Sequence record: KU935715.1
Strand: one strand, 5' to 3'
DNA length: 64,000 nt
DNA from: Acinetobacter phage vB_AbaM_ME3
Below are positions 57,475 through 64,000 of the stretch, piece after piece. Made by a program: the position numbers and the translations under genes. Position 1 is the stretch's first letter. Each line of letters starts with the position of its first letter. The notes under the pieces were generated by a model. That model made no database searches and was not told where the DNA came from. It saw nothing but the letters and a program-made list of their open reading frames with translations.

Positions 57475-57720
57475 CTATTCTCCAGTTGTATTAAAAAATT
57501 AAACAATGTAAATACATAGACTTTAAAAGATAACACTTAATAAATATAAGTCTATGTATTTACATTACTACATATTATTTAAGTTTAAAATGTTCATAAA
57601 AGAGTTTTAAAATTCTTTTAGAAAATTAATATTTTTACATTAAAGAGTTTTAAAATGACTAGTAATAATACCTGTTTATATACTACAGATTAAGGTCTAC
57701 TCAGAATGGAAATAAAAGAA

Positions 57721-57746
57721 AAAAGAGACTTGTTAAAGTCTCTTTT
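57721..57746 (-). terminator. rho-independent terminator
   Basis: aaagagact-tgtta-aagtctcttt hairpin followed on the minus strand by TTCTTTTATTTCC. Confidence 0.6.
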
Positions 57747-57750
57747 AATA

Positions 57751-58392
57751 TTAGTCTGGAAAATTAGTAACATCAAATAATTGTCCAGCATAACCTAATT
57801 GAACTGCTAGTTGTTCTAGATCTAAAAGTGAATAACGAGTACATCCAATAGATATATGATTATCTCCTCGATTTAATCGAACACGATAATAATCTTGGTA
57901 AGCTATTTGATGTGAATCATCATATACTTCAATTACTTTCGAAATGTTAACACTATAATGAATATTAAATAAACGTTTAACTGTTAAAATACTAGTACAA
58001 CGTTGCATACCATTACGTTCTTTAATTTTAGAATGCAATATTTCATAATGATCTAAAATATTAAATGAATCCAAAGGTACTATAGTAAGATTATTAAAAT
58101 TAAAATCTTTTATAGACAAACCATCTTTAAGCTCATGAAAAGCATTAATAACTTTTTTAGCATTCTCTTCAGATAAATTATGAGGAGAAGATACTAAAGC
58201 TATTCGTAATAGTTTAGGATTTATTTTAAATTGGTTAAACATATGTCCAATATTATCTAAATTTAATTTAGGGATAACATGAACTTCTAGTTCAACCTTT
58301 TCAAATGTACATTGTTTAATTAAAGCTATTTGATCTTCAGGTTCCATTTTAGACCAAATATCTCTATCTACATATTTAACAGACTTTGTCAT
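57751..58392 (-). CDS. hypothetical protein (213 aa)
   Basis: ORF-track ORF. Confidence 0.5.
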   Translation of the reverse strand: MTKSVKYVDRDIWSKMEPEDQIALIKQCTFEKVELEVHVIPKLNLDNIGHMFNQFKINPKLLRIALVSSPHNLSEENAKKVINAFHELKDGLSIKDFNFNNLTIVPLDSFNILDHYEILHSKIKERNGMQRCTSILTVKRLFNIHYSVNISKVIEVYDDSHQIAYQDYYRVRLNRGDNHISIGCTRYSLLDLEQLAVQLGYAGQLFDVTNFPD

Positions 58393-58402
58393 AAATTATC
58401 TA

Positions 58403-59173
58403 CTATAATTCTGTTCGAAAGATAAAATCAGTATTAAATCTAAATCGTTTAAATTCAGAAGAATTAATTCGATCTTGAATTCGATTAGCTACTGAATGAG
58501 GTACTGTTATTCCTAATTCATAATCTTCAAATTGTTGGTAAGTAAATCCAAGTTCTTGTTCATCTGTTCGTCCTGAAGCTAAACCTCCTTTAGGTGGAGT
58601 ATTTAATATTTCTTCAGGTATATTAAAATATTTAGCAATTGCTATTACTTCACTTTTATAAAATTCAATAATAGGATGAATACCAAGAATATCTAAATAC
58701 TGACTAAACCAACCTAAAGACCATTCAGAATAATTAGTAGTACTTACAAGAATACTATTTTCATTTCGTGTAGCTTCGGCATAAAAAGCCATTGGACGCA
58801 ACCAATAGTCATTTTGTTGTTGAAGATAAGGAGAAGTTAAACTTAAAGCATTTACACAAGCTTTAGCTACTTCTCGTAAACTTATAAATTTTTCTTCATA
58901 TTCGAAATGAGTACAAACAGCTTTACCTAAATTATAAGCTTCTTCTTGTTCTGTAGTTCCATCACTTTCTGAAATAGGAGCAAGAATAGGAATTACTGTA
59001 TATGTATTAGGATACATAGTATCTAAAGCTTTTAGAAATCCTAAAACTACAGCAGAATCAACACCACCTGATACACCAACAATTAAAGTTTTACGACTTT
59101 CTTTTTGTAAAACATTATGAAGAAGATTTACTTTCTTTGTAATCAATTCATGAGTAATTGTTTTATAGATCAT
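58403..59173 (-). CDS. nadE: NH3-dependent NAD+ synthetase (PP-loop ATPase)
   Basis: PP-loop LIVGVSGGVDSAVV (SGGxDS) ~35 aa from the N-terminus. 256 aa, typical NadE size. Confidence 0.65.
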   Translation of the reverse strand: MIYKTITHELITKKVNLLHNVLQKESRKTLIVGVSGGVDSAVVLGFLKALDTMYPNTYTVIPILAPISESDGTTEQEEAYNLGKAVCTHFEYEEKFISLREVAKACVNALSLTSPYLQQQNDYWLRPMAFYAEATRNENSILVSTTNYSEWSLGWFSQYLDILGIHPIIEFYKSEVIAIAKYFNIPEEILNTPPKGGLASGRTDEQELGFTYQQFEDYELGITVPHSVANRIQDRINSSEFKRFRFNTDFIFRTEL

Positions 59174-59808
59174 TTATGAGTAACTCCTATAGAATTTAGG
59201 TCTAATAAAGATTTAAATTCTAAACAAAATCTTCGATAATCATCAAAATAAATACTAGCTTTCTTATATAAGATTTCTTTATTTTGATGATATTTAAAAC
59301 GAGATAAGTAATAAATGTTTGGTAAAAAATCAGCAATTTGAACTACTAGACCTGATGTAAGAAAATCATCAAAATCTAATATTTCATTTTCATTCATTTC
59401 ATCAGGAGAAATATTTAAAAATGAAAATGTTTCAACTGTACAGCCTTGAGATTCCAATAAAGTTTTAACTAAATTGAAACCAATGCCATTTACAATATCA
59501 TGATCATATAAAACAATATTATTGTTATTGTATTTACGACCATCATATTTAATAACATGATGAAGATAATTACCTTCTATATCATGTACACGACTAACAT
59601 CAATGTTATGATCCAGAGTAATGAATTTATCTATAGATACAAATGTTTTTTCAGGAAAGTCTTTAACTAATCCTAATAAAACTTCTTTCTGTTCATGAAT
59701 ATTATAAATAAAAACTTCTTTATAAAATTTCAAAAAGAAATCTTTAATATTTTCTAAAACAGTTTTAGAATATTTAGAACAGTCTATTCGTAAATACAAT
59801 GATTTCAT
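59170..59808 (-). CDS. hypothetical protein, possible degenerate PRTase-like fold
   Basis: IVLYDHDIVNGIGF weakly resembles a PRPP loop. ATGA overlap with nadE. Confidence 0.35.
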   Translation of the reverse strand: MKSLYLRIDCSKYSKTVLENIKDFFLKFYKEVFIYNIHEQKEVLLGLVKDFPEKTFVSIDKFITLDHNIDVSRVHDIEGNYLHHVIKYDGRKYNNNNIVLYDHDIVNGIGFNLVKTLLESQGCTVETFSFLNISPDEMNENEILDFDDFLTSGLVVQIADFLPNIYYLSRFKYHQNKEILYKKASIYFDDYRRFCLEFKSLLDLNSIGVTHK

Positions 59809-59818
59809 GTATTATTAC

Positions 59819-60016
59819 CTATTTTAAATAATGTAAATAAATATAAACCCAACTCATAAGGACATAGGGAAAACAGATGAGAGAAACTAAATATGTCCAT
59901 GAAATTTCTTTTGGAATATTTACACGAATCATCTTTTCATCTGTTTCTCTATATTCATCTATTTCTTCCCCTAATCCATAATATTCAGTCATTCTATGTT
60001 GGCTCCAAATCATCAT
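59819..60016 (-). CDS. small C-terminally membrane-anchored protein (65 aa)
   Basis: ORF-track ORF. Confidence 0.4.
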   Translation of the reverse strand: MMIWSQHRMTEYYGLGEEIDEYRETDEKMIRVNIPKEISWTYLVSLICFPYVLMSWVYIYLHYLK

Positions 60017-60302
60017 CTAATTTTTGAGTAATTAATTCAATTGTATCAAATTTTCCTAAATATGAAAGATCTACAGATTTACCAATTAAACTAGAAAGTT
60101 CTTTATTTAATTTATCACATATTTTGATAAAATCAGCTTCTTGATTATCTGTAAATCTAGAATCATATTTAGGATATTTTGGTTGAAATTCTAAAAATAA
60201 TTTAAGAACTTCTTCTGCTTTCTGTCTATTCAATGTTTTGTAATTAGGACTTGATATGCCTTCAACAGAATGAATAACAGTTACAATATAGATATTTTTC
60301 AT
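59994..60302 (-). CDS. hypothetical protein (102 aa)
   Basis: ORF-track ORF. Confidence 0.5.
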   Translation of the reverse strand: MKNIYIVTVIHSVEGISSPNYKTLNRQKAEEVLKLFLEFQPKYPKYDSRFTDNQEADFIKICDKLNKELSSLIGKSVDLSYLGKFDTIELITQKLDDDLEPT

Positions 60303-60311
60303 AAAATGTGT

Positions 60312-60704
60312 CTAAATTTGAAGATTAATAGCTATTCCATATGTTATTAAAAGACAAGTATAATGCAAAGTTTGATCTAAACCTATAATACTAAAGAATC
60401 CAAAATTAGGAACTGTAGGACTACCAAGTTTACCAGCTGCATATTTTTTGCTAGCTACTCGGCTAGTAACATAGTCAATACCAAAATGTAAATAACCATT
60501 AACTGCACAAAATAGAAAAGTTACTATAAGATTTTTAAAAATAAATAAAGATGGCAAAGTAAAAATCAAACCATAAACCCAGCAATGAAATACTAATGGT
60601 TTATTATCTTTTGATTTATTACGAGCCATCCAATCAGTTTGACAGACAAAGTCTGCAATATAGTGTAACCACACAATGATTAACACATGAGATAAATGTA
60701 ACAT
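60312..60704 (-). CDS. integral membrane protein (130 aa)
   Basis: Three or four hydrophobic helices. Confidence 0.5.
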   Translation of the reverse strand: MLHLSHVLIIVWLHYIADFVCQTDWMARNKSKDNKPLVFHCWVYGLIFTLPSLFIFKNLIVTFLFCAVNGYLHFGIDYVTSRVASKKYAAGKLGSPTVPNFGFFSIIGLDQTLHYTCLLITYGIAINLQI

Positions 60705-60711
60705 TAAATCC

Positions 60712-60897
60712 TTATTTCTTTATACAAAATGCATGATAAATTTTAGGTTGTTGTTTAGTAAACTGTGCAGCTTGTATACAACGTTCACGAGATGAAAGTT
60801 CGACAGCTAACATTTGAGGAGCCAATCTTTCAGAATTATTTGGATTTGTATTAGATCCACTAGGAAAATAACTACTTAATACAATCATAATCCACAT
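60712..60897 (-). CDS. small secreted/membrane peptide (61 aa), paralog of the ORF at 60909..61070
   Basis: MWIMIVLSSYF... hydrophobic N-terminus. C-terminal R..C..AAQF.K......C pattern shared with its neighbour. Confidence 0.45.
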   Translation of the reverse strand: MWIMIVLSSYFPSGSNTNPNNSERLAPQMLAVELSSRERCIQAAQFTKQQPKIYHAFCIKK

Positions 60898-60908
60898 AAA
60901 TTATTTCC

Positions 60909-61070
60909 TTATCCTTTAGGTACACAATAAGCATCTTGAATTAATTGACGCTTTTTACTAAATTCAACTGCCTTTACACAACTTTCTTTAGTTTTAAAGT
61001 TGTCTACAGAAGTAATAATATATGAAGAACTAGTACCATATGTTACAGTAATTAAAATTAAAGCCCACAT
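60909..61070 (-). CDS. small secreted/membrane peptide (53 aa), not in the ORF track
   Basis: MWALILITVTYGTSSSYII...ESCVKAVEFSKKRQLIQDAYCVPKG. Followed by a strong RBS for the next gene. Confidence 0.4.
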   Translation of the reverse strand: MWALILITVTYGTSSSYIITSVDNFKTKESCVKAVEFSKKRQLIQDAYCVPKG

Positions 61071-61071
61071 A

Positions 61072-61851
61072 TTATACTTTACCTATAGCTTGATAGAATA
61101 CATCAAAACGAATAATAATACGTTCTTTGCCTTCTAAATTTTGAGATACATCATGTGGAAGATAATGAGGAAAAAGCAAAACTTTACCTTGTTCACTTTT
61201 GACTGTTCGTAAAACATCAGATTCTTGAGCATCTTCTGTCCAGTCTTCATGATCTCGATTATGAAAAGGTAAATTACCTTGATAGTCTTCAATAAATCGA
61301 GTATAGACTTCATTGTCAGTAAGATATAAAACACCTGAAAGAACAGTTCGAACTAAAGGATTATCTTTAACTTTATAAGTTGCATCATAATGAACTGCAT
61401 GTTTACCACCTTCTTGATATTTCATATAACGAAACACAGGTGACACATGAAGAGGAACCCAATAATTTAAGTTATTAGGATTATCAGATTTCCAATCTAC
61501 AGGTGACTGATCATTAAATACAACAGGTGTTAAACGACCTTGTAATGAGTTCCATATAATTTGTGTTAAATATTTTGAAAAGTTTTCATCATGTACTGTT
61601 ACACGATAACTACCAATCTGTTCATCTTGAGATACATCTGACTTACCTTGAATACCTACAGGATGAAATCGACTATTATTTTCAAAATGTTCAATAATAG
61701 AACTACAATCAGTGTCATTAAATAAAAGCATTTCTTTAATAGGAATATGTGTATTCAATTCTGAAGTACAATCAAACTCTTTAAGAGTTAAACCTTTAGA
61801 TAAAGCTTCTTTTTGATTACTAAGAAAAGACATACTAAACACCTTCTTCAA
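61072..61851 (-). CDS. 2OG-Fe(II) oxygenase superfamily protein
   Basis: HxD...H triad candidates (KHAVHYDAT and a downstream FPHYLPH). Prolyl-hydroxylase-like spacing. Confidence 0.5.
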   Translation of the reverse strand: MKKVFSMSFLSNQKEALSKGLTLKEFDCTSELNTHIPIKEMLLFNDTDCSSIIEHFENNSRFHPVGIQGKSDVSQDEQIGSYRVTVHDENFSKYLTQIIWNSLQGRLTPVVFNDQSPVDWKSDNPNNLNYWVPLHVSPVFRYMKYQEGGKHAVHYDATYKVKDNPLVRTVLSGVLYLTDNEVYTRFIEDYQGNLPFHNRDHEDWTEDAQESDVLRTVKSEQGKVLLFPHYLPHDVSQNLEGKERIIIRFDVFYQAIGKV

Positions 61852-62053
61852 AAGTATTTTCTGTTAATCGTACTGTACTTAAAATAGGTTCTGGTTTTCC
61901 ATGATGATTTACATTAACATTATGTAAATCTCTAATAGTTACAAACTGAGAACTTGTAGCAGGAAAATTCCAAAGCTCTGTTATAACTACCTCACATCCA
62001 TCTTGAATTACAGGACAATTCGCTTTTAATAAAACTTTAGTTTCACCAATCAT
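61835..62053 (-). CDS. hypothetical protein (72 aa)
   Basis: ORF-track ORF. Confidence 0.45.
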   Translation of the reverse strand: MIGETKVLLKANCPVIQDGCEVVITELWNFPATSSQFVTIRDLHNVNVNHHGKPEPILSTVRLTENTFEEGV

Positions 62054-62071
62054 ATAAAAACCTTATAAATA

Positions 62072-62103
62072 AAAAGCGATGCCTGTTTTAGACATCGCTT
62101 TTT
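62072..62103 (-). terminator. putative rho-independent terminator
   Basis: aaagcgatg-cctgttttaga-catcgcttt hairpin followed on the minus strand by TTTTTATTTAT. Confidence 0.5.
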
Positions 62104-62113
62104 AAATTACGTA

Positions 62114-63190
62114 TTAAGACATTAAAGAAATCTCTTTCATAAGATCTTCAAAGCTTTGTTTATTCTGTTCACGTGCAACTTCAGTTTGATGTTCATGCTG
62201 ATAGATTACATTATAAATTGGTTCTAACAACATACCAAAATAAGTATCTTTCTGAATGAACTTCTGATGTTCTTCTAGCTTTTCTTTTACTTTATCTTTA
62301 GGTTGAGTACCTTTATTATAAAGTTTAAGAAAAGCTGCACATGCTTCATACATACCTGTAATTTCAGCCCAAGATGTAATACGAACAATATCACTTACAG
62401 ACTTATCATCTAATTCTAATGGACCTAACAATAATTCACGAACCTTTTTAGAGTTCGCTTCTTTTGCAATATTCTTAAGGAATAACATTTCAAAGTTGGC
62501 ACTGCCACCTTCATTATGTTTAATCCCAGTAACAACGAAATCCTGTAAACCTCGAATATAAGCAAAATGATACTTAAAGAACTTAGCACGAGATAAAGAA
62601 ATCATTGGAATCTTTTTGTTAGGTTCATTAGGTGGTGAATATTCATAATTATTTCGTTTAGCATAACTTTCATATGCTTCAAGAATCATTGCAAATATCC
62701 AACCATCATTAGTTGCGAGTCCTACCGCCCCTTTAGCCTGAACAGCTTGAAATAGGTATGTGCTATAAGATGGAATTACTTCACGACCTTTCTTAGAGTC
62801 TTCCAAAGCAACGTCATAGAGTTTATATGGTTCATCTACTAATTTCTTAGTAACTGGATCAATTAATGCATCATTAGCATCATATTCACCTTTAATGTAT
62901 GTTTGAGTCCATTCAAGTTCTTCTTTACATACATCAGTTAACACAAACTCACGAAGAAGCTTTTGACACTCTGGTGAATTACCTGTAAACACAGGTGAAT
63001 GATCGCCATCAACATCGGAGTGTTCCGCCCCTAATACGTTTTTACTAAATAACAGAATTGATTTATTCTGCTCTTTAAGTAAATACTTTTCAATAGAAAT
63101 ACCATATTGATTCATAAGATAAATACGATAATCATCATAAGACCAGATTTTTACTCGGACGAGCTGGGTTCTCCATAACGAAATCTTCAA
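62114..63190 (-). CDS. hypothetical protein (358 aa; TTG start in the ORF track, an ATG at ~63115 is also possible)
   Basis: Long ORF with no recognisable motif. Confidence 0.5.
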   Translation of the reverse strand: MKISLWRTQLVRVKIWSYDDYRIYLMNQYGISIEKYLLKEQNKSILLFSKNVLGAEHSDVDGDHSPVFTGNSPECQKLLREFVLTDVCKEELEWTQTYIKGEYDANDALIDPVTKKLVDEPYKLYDVALEDSKKGREVIPSYSTYLFQAVQAKGAVGLATNDGWIFAMILEAYESYAKRNNYEYSPPNEPNKKIPMISLSRAKFFKYHFAYIRGLQDFVVTGIKHNEGGSANFEMLFLKNIAKEANSKKVRELLLGPLELDDKSVSDIVRITSWAEITGMYEACAAFLKLYNKGTQPKDKVKEKLEEHQKFIQKDTYFGMLLEPIYNVIYQHEHQTEVAREQNKQSFEDLMKEISLMS

Positions 63191-63573
63191 TACAAGCCGA
63201 AAACTTGTACCAGCAGCATTATCTGCATCTATAGTTATTAACTATACGTCGAGACTATATCTTAATTTATACATATACTTATAGAATGATTATGTTATCT
63301 TTATCATTCAATATATGTATAAACCACAAGCACTTCGGAAACTCTTGTTCCCTACTCCTTCCTACAGGATAGTCGTTGAACCTTACTCTTAGGTAAAACC
63401 CTTAGAGTCTTGGCTGCTGATATTGCATTTACTCAGCGTAATTATAATAACTAATAGATAATTACACATGAATCTTCACACTTTTTAAACATTCACGCTT
63501 GCTATTTCTAGCTACGTTGTAGTGTATGAAGCTTTAGCCTTTCCCAGCAATTCACTTGTGTTACGACAGATGT

Positions 63574-64000
63574 CTATTCATCTGAAGAGCTTTTAATCTT
63601 TTCTTCAATAAAAGATTTAATTTCATTTAAAGCTTTAAATTTAAATAATTCAGTACAGCCTTTAAATGCATTACCATCTGAAATGTAATAACGATCAGAG
63701 TCAAAAGTACTAAGTACTAATTTTTCTATATTAACTACATCTCTAGCTTTAGCTTCTAAGTCTAGTATTACTTCTTTTTCGAATTGTTTATAAACAACAG
63801 GTTTAAACCTATCTTCAACAGTTCGTGAAGTTACACCAACTTTTATAAATTCATACTGTTTTGATTTAAATTTAACTAAATAAATACGAGCAGGTTCTAA
63901 TCCAGATTCATCAAGATTAGTCATTCCACCAAAACGAGAAAGTTTTAATCTTCCACATTTTGGACAACCATTGCCTTGTAAGTGACTATTAGGTTCTTGC
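63574..64000 (-). CDS. T5orf172/GIY-YIG-like domain protein with upstream zinc-ribbon, partial (N-terminus beyond window end)
   Basis: Frame stays open from 63924 to 64000 (…QGNGCPKCGRLKLSRFGG-MTNLDE…). YLVKFKSKQYEFIKVGVTSRTVEDRF is a T5orf172-type core. Confidence 0.5.
   Translation of the reverse strand, partial: QEPNSHLQGNGCPKCGRLKLSRFGGMTNLDESGLEPARIYLVKFKSKQYEFIKVGVTSRTVEDRFKPVVYKQFEKEVILDLEAKARDVVNIEKLVLSTFDSDRYYISDGNAFKGCTELFKFKALNEIKSFIEEKIKSSSDE

Noticed and set aside
61134-61334. Minus-strand ORF (66 aa) nested in the 2OG-oxygenase gene
   Set aside because: Nested in another frame of a gene with recognisable motifs.
62114-63190. Ribonucleotide reductase small subunit (NrdB) identity for the 358-aa protein
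   Set aside because: The adjacent GIY-YIG-like ORF recalled intron-containing phage nrdB. The sequence lacks the paired ExxH iron-binding motifs and does not resemble T4 NrdB, so it is left as hypothetical.
1-64000. Integrase, transposase or prophage-boundary signals
   Set aside because: No tyrosine/serine recombinase or transposase motifs were recognised. The window reads as an internal segment of a virulent phage genome rather than a mobile element or prophage edge.

Overview
The window reads as a densely packed, AT-rich genome segment of a large virulent tailed phage. Almost every gene is on the minus strand, with 1-20 nt start/stop overlaps (TAATG, ATGA) and AGGAG-type ribosome binding sites. 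Genes I can call from motifs are listed below with their windows.

- DNA/nucleotide and redox: dihydrofolate reductase (26137-26676), thioredoxin (21903-22223), HAD 5'-nucleotidase (40017-40592), calcineurin-like phosphoesterase (21000-21575), 2OG-Fe(II) oxygenase (61072-61851).
- ADP-ribose/NAD metabolism: NADAR/YbiA (16097-16597), Nudix hydrolase (14538-14978), macro-domain-like protein (56842-57474), NH3-dependent NAD+ synthetase (58403-59173).
- RNA repair/tRNA: CCA-adding tRNA nucleotidyltransferase (9160-9822), PTH2-type peptidyl-tRNA hydrolase (6601-6900), HD-domain hydrolase (6050-6613), a vWA/MIDAS protein with Ro60-like architecture (13077-14522), an HNH-type Zn-finger fused to an ATP-dependent RNA-ligase-like domain (34529-35608), and several tRNA or tRNA-like elements.
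- Structural and membrane: a ~1200-aa tail fibre gene with an apparent homopolymer frameshift at its N-terminus, many small membrane proteins and lipoproteins, a PspA/IM30-like protein, and two P-loop ATPases.

Three things stand out. First, two tandem arrays totalling about 20 small paralogous ORFs that share an N-terminal M-x-K-L-x-K-F-K leader (17.3-21.0 kb and 32.9-38.9 kb). Second, a Ter-type stress/biosynthetic module embedded in the phage: two phosphoribosyltransferases, a HAD hydrolase, TerD, TerC, a TerY-like vWA protein and a 675-aa protein with a TerD-like C-terminus (46.9-56.2 kb). Third, ORF-free structured regions (1.8-2.3 kb and 3.56-4.9 kb) carrying tRNA-like elements that lack canonical anticodon arms, next to the Ro60-like gene. 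I found no CRISPR array and no integrase or transposase.
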